A DNA stretch of 44,554 nucleotides from a virus (lineage: Duplodnaviria > Caudoviricetes), in IMG/VR virus record IMGVR_UViG_3300033076_000960, positions 1-44,554 of that record; one strand, given 5' to 3'. This document shows positions 34,247 to 43,223 of the stretch, piece by piece. The position numbers were made by a program, and so were the translations under genes. The notes beneath the pieces were generated by a model. It searched no databases and had not been told where the DNA came from. It saw only the letters and a program-made list of their open reading frames with translations. The first letter of the stretch is position 1; each line of letters begins with the position of its first letter.

Positions 34247-34935
34247 CGCACTTCCTCCCATGCCTTTGGATCAGTTGATGATTGCCACTTCACCGGCCTG
34301 TACGATCCGGGGAATTCACGAATTTCGTCTGTTAGATTGTCCAGCATGAGGGTGACGTGCGCGCCGGTGCCATTCTCTGCGCCCCGATCTAATTTTGTGT
34401 GCGCCGTGTGAACGGTCAAAACCAGATGCGCACGGCCATCAGGAAGCTGCACAACGGCCAATCTCAAGTCAGACGGGTTCCAGCCCCTCTCGATCAATAA
34501 AGCCCGCTTAGAGACCGCGTAATCGTCACAGTCGCCTTTGAGTGGCATGATCTGCCAATCGTCTCGCGCATCATCAATTTTGGCATTGATGGAAAAATTC
34601 ACATAGGAATTGGCATGCTCCAGTTCTGCGCGGCGGGCGGCGGTTAATTCGAACTGTTGCAATTTTTGCAACGGTTGGCACTGGCTTGGATATTGCTGGC
34701 AGAAACGAACGTGACCATATGGCGCAAGTGCTGGCTCGGCATAGGCAGGAAAGGTTTGACAATAGGCGAAAAAAGCTATGGGAATCAGTGGGGCATATGC
34801 GCTAGGTTTGACAGTGCAACCGTTTGAAAAGCCCGAACAATGGCGCTCCTGCCGGGCCCACCACGTACTTTTTAAAGCATTGATAAATCTACCAAAAAAA
34901 TCAGGTTTGACAAATTTTATTTTAAGGTTTGACAT
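34243..34935 (-). CDS. Transglutaminase-like cysteine peptidase (BTLCP/peptidase C93, LapG-like)
   Basis: APYGHVRFC...GDCDDYAVSKR...HLVLTV...LDNL catalytic C/H/D motifs; start uncertain because the ORF crosses attP. Confidence 0.85.
   Translation of the reverse strand: MSNLKIKFVKPDFFGRFINALKSTWWARQERHCSGFSNGCTVKPSAYAPLIPIAFFAYCQTFPAYAEPALAPYGHVRFCQQYPSQCQPLQKLQQFELTAARRAELEHANSYVNFSINAKIDDARDDWQIMPLKGDCDDYAVSKRALLIERGWNPSDLRLAVVQLPDGRAHLVLTVHTAHTKLDRGAENGTGAHVTLMLDNLTDEIREFPGSYRPVKWQSSTDPKAWEEVR
34752..34934. other. attP: core TCCTGCCGGGCCCACCA (34847-34863) with four AGGTTTGACA arm-type repeats
   Basis: Exact 10-mers at 34752, 34804, 34903 and 34925 flank a tRNA-3'-end-like core just downstream of int. 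Confidence 0.85.
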
Positions 34936-35940
34936 CTATCTGTTCCCCGATTGTTTTTCGATAGCCATTTTTGCAAGGCGTTTTTGGTTGGCTTTGCGGG
35001 TGTAATTATCCACCTGCGCCGTGGTGCGGTGTCCTGTAATCGACATGATTTCATGGCTGGTGCAACCGGCTTCCGCTGACCGTGTGGCGGCTGAATATCT
35101 CAGGCCGTGTATCTTGCACCTGTCCGGCAATCCTGCTGCCCTGATAGCCTCCCGCATCCAATTCCCGTAGCTCTCGCAACTGAAAGCCTTGCCGCGCTGT
35201 GTGGTCAGGATCGAGATATGATCCTTGCGTATGGCAGCGATGCTTTTGGCAAGCTCTGGATGGATCGGGATTTCAAGATATTCACCAGTCTTTTTCTGTG
35301 TTACAAATATTGCCCCGTCCTTAATGTCCCGCCATGTCATGCGATATACGTCTGACCGGCGCTGTGCGGTATATAAATGCAGGTCGAAAGCCAGCCGCTG
35401 CATGGTTCCTAAAGGCCAATGGGCCTGATATTGCTCTATCTCGTCGCTTGTCCAGGTATGATGATGAACGGACTTCACGCCTTCGACGTAAAGCGTCGGG
35501 TCTGTGTCTATCCACCCGATAGAGATTGCGAATTTAATCAAAGTTTTCAGGCGGCGGATAAACGAATTGACGTTAGGGGCTTTATTCACAATAGCAACAA
35601 CGTGCTCACGCCGCATTTGTGAAACAAGCCTGTCTCCATGCTCCTTGCAAAATCGGTCAAATATGCTGCGGTATGTTTTCTTTGTGGACGGCTGCAATTG
35701 CCTGAATTGAAGGCTGTTGTAATACTCGAATACCAGTCTGCGGATTGTCCCGTCCCCGCCACCTGCTTTCTTCTGTATGCCCGTTTTATCGGTGAATGCC
35801 TTATGCGCTGCGGTATAGGCTTCGATAAATTCAGGGCTTCCCAATGAGGCAGGCAACGCCACCCGATAGCCCTTGTTCCGGTAATAGACCCGAATATTGC
35901 CGTGGCGATCTGCAAACCTCTGGATATGCGGCAATGTCAT
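34936..35940 (-). CDS. int: Tyrosine integrase
   Basis: YTAQRRSD (R), QKKTG (K), HGLR, GH, Y catalytic residues; ATGA-coupled to xis. Confidence 0.95.
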   Translation of the reverse strand: MTLPHIQRFADRHGNIRVYYRNKGYRVALPASLGSPEFIEAYTAAHKAFTDKTGIQKKAGGGDGTIRRLVFEYYNSLQFRQLQPSTKKTYRSIFDRFCKEHGDRLVSQMRREHVVAIVNKAPNVNSFIRRLKTLIKFAISIGWIDTDPTLYVEGVKSVHHHTWTSDEIEQYQAHWPLGTMQRLAFDLHLYTAQRRSDVYRMTWRDIKDGAIFVTQKKTGEYLEIPIHPELAKSIAAIRKDHISILTTQRGKAFSCESYGNWMREAIRAAGLPDRCKIHGLRYSAATRSAEAGCTSHEIMSITGHRTTAQVDNYTRKANQKRLAKMAIEKQSGNR

Positions 35941-36182
35941 ATGCGCCCCACGTCTGCCCATGTGTCTGTCTCCCCCTCGTATGGGAGAGCTTTGAACTTT
36001 TGATCGAGGTCGTCAATATCCCACACCCTGATACCATTCAGAAGCCGTGGGCGTGGGAACTGTCCTTTCTCCACCAGCTTGCGGAAATGTGACGGGCCTA
36101 TGCCAAGATAGACGGCGGCTTCCTCAGCGCGAAACCCGCGACGGATGGGCAGACGTGCGCCTATGGTAGCCTTTGAGGTCAT
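35937..36182 (-). CDS. xis: Excisionase/AlpA-like HTH
   Basis: EEAAVYLGIGPSHFRKLVEKGQFPRP...VWDIDDLD directly upstream of int. Confidence 0.82.
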   Translation of the reverse strand: MTSKATIGARLPIRRGFRAEEAAVYLGIGPSHFRKLVEKGQFPRPRLLNGIRVWDIDDLDQKFKALPYEGETDTWADVGRI

Positions 36183-36496
36183 GCGTCTTTGGCCTCTCTG
36201 AGGCTAAGGCCTTTTGACTTAAATATATCTTTTATTTCGTTAATCCTTTTCCGGCCAACACCAGGCTTTCTTATTAATTCTTCCGCCGTGTATTTCTCTA
36301 AATCAGAGATTTTATTTATATATAACTGGTCTAATACCCATTTAAGCCCCTTAGACACATCAACAAACGATCCGTCACCGACAGGGTACAAAGATTTATT
36401 GACAGGCCAATCTCTGCTTGAAGCCTTTGCCTCTATTTTATCTAGGCGCGCTTCGATAGCTTCTATTCGTGAGATAATATCTTCTATATCACTCAT
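36179..36496 (-). CDS. Protein with RNA polymerase alpha-CTD-like domain
   Basis: L...YINKISDL..YTAEELIRKPGVGRKRINEIKDIF...GLSL. Confidence 0.78.
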   Translation of the reverse strand: MSDIEDIISRIEAIEARLDKIEAKASSRDWPVNKSLYPVGDGSFVDVSKGLKWVLDQLYINKISDLEKYTAEELIRKPGVGRKRINEIKDIFKSKGLSLREAKDA

Positions 36497-36711
36497 ATCC
36501 CTGCCTCCTCCAAAGCCTTCTGTCCTGCGGGTGTGATGGTGAACCTAATTCCAAAAGCAAAAAACTCACCTCTCACAAGCCCCCTATCAATCAAACAGTG
36601 TATAAAACGCAATTGGAAGCCCCTGAATGGCTTCATTTTTCTGATAAGGTCATACTCAAACGGCAACGCCTTCAGGTGTTCTATCTGGCTGGGTGTGAGT
36701 GGCTTACTCAT
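36493..36711 (-). CDS. Small winged-helix-like protein
   Basis: LIDRGLV...ITPAGQKAL. Confidence 0.65.
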   Translation of the reverse strand: MSKPLTPSQIEHLKALPFEYDLIRKMKPFRGFQLRFIHCLIDRGLVRGEFFAFGIRFTITPAGQKALEEAGI

Positions 36712-36938
36712 GCGTCACCTTTTGGTGGTTGGGGAAGGGGCATCCAGTGGGTGAATTCGCAGGAGAGGCCATGCCACATCCATCCTCCACCGTTATGATC
36801 AATCCACTTCGCGATTACGGGCTGGGCGTATCCATCAGAAATCGGTTGCGCACTGTGTTTTGCATGAGGATGAACGCACCATGCAATGATGTATGTCCCA
36901 TCCTTTGGCGCTGTTTCTATCGGTTGCCACTCAGTCAT
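36708..36938 (-). CDS. DUF551-like protein
   Basis: WQPIETAPKDGT...THWMPLPQPP. Confidence 0.85.
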   Translation of the reverse strand: MTEWQPIETAPKDGTYIIAWCVHPHAKHSAQPISDGYAQPVIAKWIDHNGGGWMWHGLSCEFTHWMPLPQPPKGDA

Positions 36939-37815
36939 ATTCCACCCCTGCTGCATCGAGTGCGATTTTTACAATTCTATTCCATTGCCAATGAGGGGCA
37001 GGAGATTGTAGCTCTATAGCTTTCACCACATCATCTAGTTTCACCTTCTTTGGCTTATCAATGCCGAGTTCGGTGATGATTTTTCTGATTATGTCTTGTG
37101 CTTTTTCATTGCTGTCTATGCCGTAGTTTGGGTATATCAACCAACCTGCCTGCTCTATTGCTTCCTCTGATGGGTATGCAGGCTTTGAAGCCAGTTCATC
37201 GCCAAGATTTTGATAATCGTCAAAAACTTGTTGATGTGCTTCCTTCCATTCAACAATCTCTTGCTCAAGCTCTTTTATCCGCGCGTCTTGTGATGCGATG
37301 TGGTCGGCAGCGTTTAATATATAGATGCGATTTTCTTTGTGTTCAAATAATCCGTGCAAGCGATCCGCCACATGCAATAATCTAAGTTGATGCCCCTTCA
37401 TGAAGTCTGGCTCTGGACGCAACCACTCCTCATGCTCACTCATGGTGCGGGCGGGTTTGTTTAAAGCCCTTTTCTTTTTTATACATTCGAGTGCTTTTTC
37501 AATCTCAGTTATTGGAATTTTCTTTTTCGAGTGCTGCCCAACCTCTCCTTTTTCCAAAAGGCTTTCACAAATGTGTTGGAAAAATTCATCAAGCCACAGT
37601 TCGTTTTCGTTTAGCTTCGGAGGCACTACACGCCTTTTGTTTCCTTCTTGGTCGTCATCGCCAAAAAAGTGCACGAGCCTTCCACCTTGATACGTATCAT
37701 CTGCGCGATGACGGGCTTTCACAATTTCCTCCCGCGCTATCTCGCGCACACGATTTTCGGTTAAATCAGGCACGTAATGAATGCCTTTAACTGGATCATT
37801 AATCATCCCCTTCAT
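36931..37815 (-). CDS. Hypothetical mosaic protein
   Basis: 294-aa ORF, ATGA coupling, AADHIASQDARIKELE coiled coil. Confidence 0.7.
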   Translation of the reverse strand: MKGMINDPVKGIHYVPDLTENRVREIAREEIVKARHRADDTYQGGRLVHFFGDDDQEGNKRRVVPPKLNENELWLDEFFQHICESLLEKGEVGQHSKKKIPITEIEKALECIKKKRALNKPARTMSEHEEWLRPEPDFMKGHQLRLLHVADRLHGLFEHKENRIYILNAADHIASQDARIKELEQEIVEWKEAHQQVFDDYQNLGDELASKPAYPSEEAIEQAGWLIYPNYGIDSNEKAQDIIRKIITELGIDKPKKVKLDDVVKAIELQSPAPHWQWNRIVKIALDAAGVEYD

Positions 37816-38156
37816 TTCGCACCTACGTTTTTCTGCTTGTTAATAGCTTCTATGGCCCAATCCCACTTTACTGATGAAGCGTGTTTCCATTTCTCCAACA
37901 CAGTTAGAAAATAACTTTTTCGGTCGTTATACTTGTGAGCTAACGCCACAGCCAGCGCACTTTCAAAATCACAGCAACGTTGATACTTTTCGTCTAAGAG
38001 TCGCTTGTAATGGTGGCGTATCTGGTTATCAATGAACTGCGAAAACCTCACAGATAGGTCAATGTCGTGCTGCAATGCAGCGTCAATTATTGCTAAAATT
38101 TTTTGAACACTCAGCTCTTTTTGGTTAATGAAATCTAGGCATGGTAAATCATTCAT
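37812..38156 (-). CDS. Hypothetical protein
   Basis: ATGA coupling at both ends. Confidence 0.7.
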   Translation of the reverse strand: MNDLPCLDFINQKELSVQKILAIIDAALQHDIDLSVRFSQFIDNQIRHHYKRLLDEKYQRCCDFESALAVALAHKYNDRKSYFLTVLEKWKHASSVKWDWAIEAINKQKNVGAK

Positions 38157-38383
38157 TTCGCACCTTCCTTTTTACGGTATTCATCAAGAGCTTTTTGGCC
38201 GGATGGGGTGATTTCCCAAGTTCTCCAACTGGTTGACTCCATAAACTTTTGCCTTGATAATTCCATCAATACATCCTCGTTAAAGCCAGCAAATGGATCG
38301 CCTAAAAACAACTTTTCCCATTGAGTCCGTATTACGATGGGGCTATGATCCAGATGCCGCGCTTGTGTTTCTGTGATGGTCAT
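38153..38383 (-). CDS. Small winged-helix-like protein
   Basis: WEITPSGQKAL; resembles the end of 36493..36711. Confidence 0.65.
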   Translation of the reverse strand: MTITETQARHLDHSPIVIRTQWEKLFLGDPFAGFNEDVLMELSRQKFMESTSWRTWEITPSGQKALDEYRKKEGAK

Positions 38384-38610
38384 TACTCAGCCTCCGGTGT
38401 GGGGAGATAGCGCCATTTATAATCGCTAAAAACTTCCGTTGAAAATCCGCCAGCCCACTTATTTTTTCGCCTCACAAAGCACTTACACTCACCAGCCCCA
38501 CTATCTATCAAAACATAAATGTAGTGCAACGTTTTGCCTTTAGAAATAGCCACAAGGAACGGCCTCCCCACATCCGGCAACGCTTCGCTTATTGGTGTCC
38601 AGTTGGTCAT
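38383..38610 (-). CDS. DUF551-like protein
   Basis: WTPISEALP...KWRYLPTP. Confidence 0.7.
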   Translation of the reverse strand: MTNWTPISEALPDVGRPFLVAISKGKTLHYIYVLIDSGAGECKCFVRRKNKWAGGFSTEVFSDYKWRYLPTPEAE

Positions 38611-38885
38611 CACTCGCACTCCTTTTCTGTCGCTTCCAGTAAGTCAATTACCCCTTTCCCGCGTAGTAACTCTATGAAGCGTTCCGCGCTGCCTTGGTCT
38701 ACTAATTCGAAAGCAGAGTTGCATTGCTCTTCTTGAGGGAATCGCAAACATACTTTCAGACTTGTCCCATCCGTCGTTCTTATCTCCTGCGCAATCGCAA
38801 AAGGATTGTCTTCGTTTTCATCATATTCTTTGGCAATAAGAACCTGCCAACCATTAACCTCGTATAGCTTTGCCCATATTGACAT
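38610..38885 (-). CDS. Hypothetical protein
   Basis: AAGGAG SD and TGATG coupling. Confidence 0.75.
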   Translation of the reverse strand: MSIWAKLYEVNGWQVLIAKEYDENEDNPFAIAQEIRTTDGTSLKVCLRFPQEEQCNSAFELVDQGSAERFIELLRGKGVIDLLEATEKECE

Positions 38886-39241
38886 CACTCGCACTCCTTC
38901 ACTGCTTGGTAGCGGGTGAGAAGTTCATCAATATCTGCGACTAAATTTTTTGTCGCTTGGCTTGCATCAAGCATAGGCAAAATAACCTTTACTGCTGATA
39001 GGCGCTTTCCCATCTCCTCTGCCATTATTCCGCGGACAGCGTTGATTTTAGCGTCGGCTATAATTGGCATGTTGCTAGACAACATCCACCCCGAAAAACG
39101 ATAAGCTACAAATACGGCGTGGTGCGTTTCTTTTTCAAAAACTTCTGGATTACCTTCTGTAGCAACCCAGCACCCCTTAGTCGTCGCAGCATACCGCTCA
39201 TGCTTGCTCAGTATTTCGTCTATGATGTTAGTGGGTGTCAT
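38885..39241 (-). CDS. Hypothetical protein
   Basis: 118-aa ORF in the operon. Confidence 0.7.
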   Translation of the reverse strand: MTPTNIIDEILSKHERYAATTKGCWVATEGNPEVFEKETHHAVFVAYRFSGWMLSSNMPIIADAKINAVRGIMAEEMGKRLSAVKVILPMLDASQATKNLVADIDELLTRYQAVKECE

Positions 39242-39389
39242 GATGATTTGCCCCTTTATTTATCTGCTCTGGATCACACAGATACGCATGGCTCAAATAT
39301 TCACGGCCTTCTTCCACTGCCCGTTTCAGCATTGCTTGCTGCTCGGCTTTGTCAGGAAGGCGCATGTAATCCATGCGCAAAAGGTGCGA

Positions 39390-39824
39390 TCAAAGTTCAT
39401 CGTGGTTGCCTTGGAAATATGATAAATCAACTTTCCAGTTGTTTATCTTGCCGTCGCCGTCAATTTCCATAATCACATAATCGCCGTATCCGTTACCTTC
39501 AGGACACATCATTGAAGGTACATAGCCATCAACCTCGATTGCTGTATTCTTTTCATTATCAAGCAGTGCATATACGCCTTCGTCACAGACTTTGTAATGG
39601 ATGTCGGCTGTTGTTCCGGTCGGCCAATCTTGAATTATGCCGCTTTGCAAATCTATTGTTACGCGCCAACAGTCTCCATCTCGCAATGGTATTAATGTGC
39701 CGTCATTATCTTTAACCCCATTGACGCTTGCATCTTCCCAATATCTTACATTGCAAGATGCTGTTAGGAAGCGCACGGTTTTTTCTGTTATGGATTTCAC
39801 TTTGATCTTATATTCATTGATCAT
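39390..39824 (-). CDS. Conserved phage hypothetical protein
   Basis: VRYWEDA.VNG..D...HYKVCDEG.Y...GYVP...GYGDY motif. Confidence 0.8.
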   Translation of the reverse strand: MINEYKIKVKSITEKTVRFLTASCNVRYWEDASVNGVKDNDGTLIPLRDGDCWRVTIDLQSGIIQDWPTGTTADIHYKVCDEGVYALLDNEKNTAIEVDGYVPSMMCPEGNGYGDYVIMEIDGDGKINNWKVDLSYFQGNHDEL

Positions 39825-40165
39825 GCTGGCACCTGCTCTTTTGGCTTTGTGAGAAATGCTTTAAGCTCTTTGCTTATGTCATCACCTGGTGGAGATATGG
39901 CGGGGGCATCATCTGGCCGCTTGCCCCATTTGTCGGCTTCTGGTGGGGTTTGTTCCTTCTGCACTGCCATTGTCTGCCGGATTGTCGCAGCGGCTTGTGC
40001 GGCTTGCTGTGAGGTCGTGGCGCACATATCCCTTAGCACTATTGCCTTTTTAATTTCGGCATCAGCCCAATCGATAAAGTCAACCGCAGCCGCGCGCGCC
40101 GCTTCGTCTGTTTCTGCCTTCAATGCAAAGGCTTTGTTGTATGCTTCGATTTTATCAGCGTTCAT
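39821..40165 (-). CDS. Hypothetical protein
   Basis: AGGAGG SD; ATGA coupling. Confidence 0.7.
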   Translation of the reverse strand: MNADKIEAYNKAFALKAETDEAARAAAVDFIDWADAEIKKAIVLRDMCATTSQQAAQAAATIRQTMAVQKEQTPPEADKWGKRPDDAPAISPPGDDISKELKAFLTKPKEQVPA

Positions 40166-40175
40166 TGGTAGCCTC

Positions 40176-40589
40176 CTATCTAAGAACTATTTCGCCGTTT
40201 AGTTTTTTCTTGAACTTTGAGCCTTTGGAAAATGGCATTGGTTTCTTTGTCCGTTTAATCCCAATATTTTTCATCATTTGCCGTTTTGTTTTAGCTATGC
40301 GTGGTGCATCGGTGTATGATGTGCGTTTGCGGTGACATTTCCTGTGCGCTGCCCTTCTGTTTTCGTCTGTATCTTCACCGCCTGCCGCTATTGGTATTTC
40401 GTGGGACACATCCCAAGCCTCTATTGCTGGCCTTATTTTTCCTCCGCATATGTGGCATATGCCTTTGTTGCGCAAAAATATTCTGGCGCGCTCCATCTGG
40501 CTTATTTTCTTGCGTACCACTGTCAGGAAATCAGCGAATTCTTCGCTACCGGACATTGATCCGCGTTTTGTGGTGGATACGTCAGTCAT
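40176..40589 (-). CDS. HNH endonuclease-family protein
   Basis: CHICG...HEIPIAAGG...N...AHRKCH. Confidence 0.88.
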   Translation of the reverse strand: MTDVSTTKRGSMSGSEEFADFLTVVRKKISQMERARIFLRNKGICHICGGKIRPAIEAWDVSHEIPIAAGGEDTDENRRAAHRKCHRKRTSYTDAPRIAKTKRQMMKNIGIKRTKKPMPFSKGSKFKKKLNGEIVLR

Positions 40590-40729
40590 TTTGGTTCCTT
40601 GGAAAGGCACTTAATGTACAACACCACAATAACTAAGAATGCAGTTATGACGGTCTTTTCGCCACATGCGCCTTCAATGATGCGAATGAGAAGCAGGAAA
40701 AGTCCTGATATGGCTACTAAATGCACCAT
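40586..40729 (-). CDS. Small two-TM protein (47 aa)
   Basis: TGATG and ATGA coupling; hydrophobic. Confidence 0.5.
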   Translation of the reverse strand: MVHLVAISGLFLLLIRIIEGACGEKTVITAFLVIVVLYIKCLSKEPK

Positions 40730-41799
40730 CACCGCCCCCCACTCATTTGCATGATTTCGTCACTGGTTGCGTTCGTTACCCCTTCTTTCGCATCGACTAG
40801 CGTTGCGGTCTTCTTGAACTCGCTATCGAGTCGGGCTTTCATAATCTTGCGGACATCATTGCTTAACACTGCCCATGCCGCCATCAACGCATTCTGGCCC
40901 TTTCTAGAGGCATCAGAAAGTATGGTTTCTGCGGATTGCAATTCGGAGGCGCTTGGCCCTTCATCCGAATATTCTCCGTCCGCATCTGATGGAGTTTCCG
41001 CATCCAAAGAATAGGCATCATCAAGCCCGTCTTCATCTTCGGCTGGCTTTTCTAATGCTACAGGCTTAATTTCAGATAGCGGGTTAGTGATGGTATTAAA
41101 TCTGCGCTCTGTAAGGTTCTGCGCGTCCTCAAAATTATAGAGGCTATCATCCCTGCGTATTAAATCATCTAAATCTGAGGACATCGGGAGGCGTTTAGAT
41201 AGGCGGCGAATGACAGTCTTTTTTGCCATTTCTTCCCACCACTGCACCCACGGGCCTTTGTCCTTTGATCTGCTAACATTTCGAACTTTTTCAATTTCTG
41301 CGACTGTCATTACCTCGCGGTAAATCCCGCCTTCTTTAGTTTTTGCTATAGCGTAAACAACAACCGGCTTCCCTCTATCGCCGATTATAAGCGCTTCATG
41401 CGTGATGCTTTCTTCATCGCCGAGCCGGTATGTAAATTTATCATTCTCATATGCGATATTGGCAGTTATGGATAATATCTCGCCGCTGTTATGCATCTTC
41501 TTTATAATGCCGCCGATCATAGGCATCCACTGGACTGTCCCCTTAAACATGACAAATGCGCCCTCGCGCTTATCCGGTAGCAAGCCGTCTTGTGCGGCGC
41601 GCATTGCGGCCTCAAACAGACTTAGCCTGTTTGCTTCCAGTAATGCTTTATCGCTGCGCACAGCGGTCAACACCACACGGATGAATCTTTCTACGGGGAT
41701 ATGCGGGGGCAATGCCGCAAGGAACCCATGCTCCATATTCTTAAGCTGAATATCAATTTTCTCTGATTGTTCTGCGGTTACAACTGCGTGAGTGTTCAT
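40729..41799 (-). CDS. recT: RecT single-strand annealing protein
   Basis: ALPPHIPVERFIRV...AAQDGLLPD.RE...GPWVQWWEEMAKKTVIRRLSKRLPMS. Confidence 0.93.
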   Translation of the reverse strand: MNTHAVVTAEQSEKIDIQLKNMEHGFLAALPPHIPVERFIRVVLTAVRSDKALLEANRLSLFEAAMRAAQDGLLPDKREGAFVMFKGTVQWMPMIGGIIKKMHNSGEILSITANIAYENDKFTYRLGDEESITHEALIIGDRGKPVVVYAIAKTKEGGIYREVMTVAEIEKVRNVSRSKDKGPWVQWWEEMAKKTVIRRLSKRLPMSSDLDDLIRRDDSLYNFEDAQNLTERRFNTITNPLSEIKPVALEKPAEDEDGLDDAYSLDAETPSDADGEYSDEGPSASELQSAETILSDASRKGQNALMAAWAVLSNDVRKIMKARLDSEFKKTATLVDAKEGVTNATSDEIMQMSGGR

Positions 41800-41810
41800 G
41801 GCCGTCCCTT

Positions 41811-42716
41811 TCAATTCATTCCGTACCAAGTCGGCAATTCGCTAATGTCCATTTCGTCTAACGGCTCAGCGATAAGCCAAGGCGTGTCAGCGCCATGCGT
41901 GTGCATGTATTTTTTGTAATTATGCTCTGCGCGCGTTATGTAGCTTCTGCCTATTTCTAAAATGGGATTTGCGGGGGAAAGAACCGTACCCCATGTTAGC
42001 GGCGCGCTTTCGGCTTGCCAGAAACAAAAAACAAAAGCCCATTCCTCTGAATTCGCAATACGCTCCAGCAAATCTGAATTTGGAATATCCCCGAAGATAG
42101 AACCTTCATTAAAAAGCGCTTTCATAGCCATGCGCCCTTCGTTGTAATGCTGCGCTTGGACAGGATAATTCCAATCAGCAATTGCCCTGCGGCAAGCGGC
42201 GACAAAATCTATAGAGCGGCTGTTGCGGATTGATTTCAAATCCACAATTGCGCGAGTTTTCAGATAATCAAACCGAGCCTTTTTCCTTATACCGTCGGCC
42301 TCCCAAAATATTGAAACCTCCGGCAACCCACCGCTGAAAGCGTCTGATAGATACGGGTTGCCTTCTATGGATTGCGCGGCCATTAATATGCGGTTCCAAT
42401 CATCACGCTTTAGCGGAAGTTTGCCGATTTTATTTAGCTCTTCACGCTCCCGCTTGCCTTCCTTTGTTGAGGCAGCTTCATCAACAGGGCCGTAACACGC
42501 ATTGAACTTCTGCGCCCCCTCCAAGACAATCTTATGGACTGCTCTTCCATATGCCTGTGATGGCGTAGGCTGGTCCTTTTCCTTCAATGGATTAAGCGAT
42601 GAAGAAAACCAATAATCCGGCGGCGAATAAGACAGCTTCCGCATATCCGATGATCCTAGCGCCGTATCAGCGTGATATTCGTCTTCATTTAGGCCTAAAT
42701 AAATGCCACATTTCAT
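41811..42716 (-). CDS. recE: RecE-like PD-(D/E)XK exonuclease (DUF3799)
   Basis: EYHAD.ALGSS, GRAVHKIVLE, EVSIFW...KARFD...DLKS...Y.VQA.HY; adjacent to recT. Confidence 0.85.
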   Translation of the reverse strand: MKCGIYLGLNEDEYHADTALGSSDMRKLSYSPPDYWFSSSLNPLKEKDQPTPSQAYGRAVHKIVLEGAQKFNACYGPVDEAASTKEGKREREELNKIGKLPLKRDDWNRILMAAQSIEGNPYLSDAFSGGLPEVSIFWEADGIRKKARFDYLKTRAIVDLKSIRNSRSIDFVAACRRAIADWNYPVQAQHYNEGRMAMKALFNEGSIFGDIPNSDLLERIANSEEWAFVFCFWQAESAPLTWGTVLSPANPILEIGRSYITRAEHNYKKYMHTHGADTPWLIAEPLDEMDISELPTWYGMN

Positions 42717-42994
42717 GCTGCACCTATTTCCTGTAAAAGCTGGGTTGTTGTTCGCTCAAAAGCTCGCTGATAAAGCTTTGTCGCAGTGCGCGGGTTGATG
42801 GTTTTTGGCTGCACAATGCGATGCGAACGCCTGAATAACCTTGCGGCGCGAACAACCTCATCATAGTGCTTGCCAAGCCAAGACAGGCTTATTCCAAGCC
42901 GTGCCGCCACCTCTGAAACTTGCAAAGCATCATCAAGGTTAATTGGTTCATGCGAGAGTATTTCGCCGAATGCCTGTGAGGATAATTCACTCAT
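42713..42994 (-). CDS. Hypothetical HTH-like protein
   Basis: SEVAARLGISLSWL; start trimmed to the SD-preceded ATG. Confidence 0.6.
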   Translation of the reverse strand: MSELSSQAFGEILSHEPINLDDALQVSEVAARLGISLSWLGKHYDEVVRAARLFRRSHRIVQPKTINPRTATKLYQRAFERTTTQLLQEIGAA

Positions 42995-43223
42995 CATTAT
43001 CCCCCACCAGACAGCCGCGTGATTGTTCGGAGATTTGGGATAGAAGTTCGTCACTCTCATTCTGAGCAGGCCCTTGCATGGCGGCGATTGTCTCGGCGAT
43101 TGCCAAGTCAAGCAATTCTGCTGATTGGAAGGCTCCACCATCTTTCATCATGTCTGATGACAATTGCGCACAAAGAAGAAGTGTGTCGGCGGAAGTCCGG
43201 CTTATGGTGACTGTTCCACTCAT
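42987..43223 (-). CDS. Hypothetical protein
   Basis: GAGGGG SD; ATGA coupling. Confidence 0.65.
   Translation of the reverse strand: MSGTVTISRTSADTLLLCAQLSSDMMKDGGAFQSAELLDLAIAETIAAMQGPAQNESDELLSQISEQSRGCLVGDNDE

Noticed and set aside
34847-34863. tRNA gene
   Set aside because: Only the 3' 17 nt are present; interpreted as the att core.
39230-39400. Possible frameshifted small gene (MNFDRTFC... / MDYMRLP...)
   Set aside because: Two short overlapping frames; cannot distinguish a small gene, remnant or noise without homologues.
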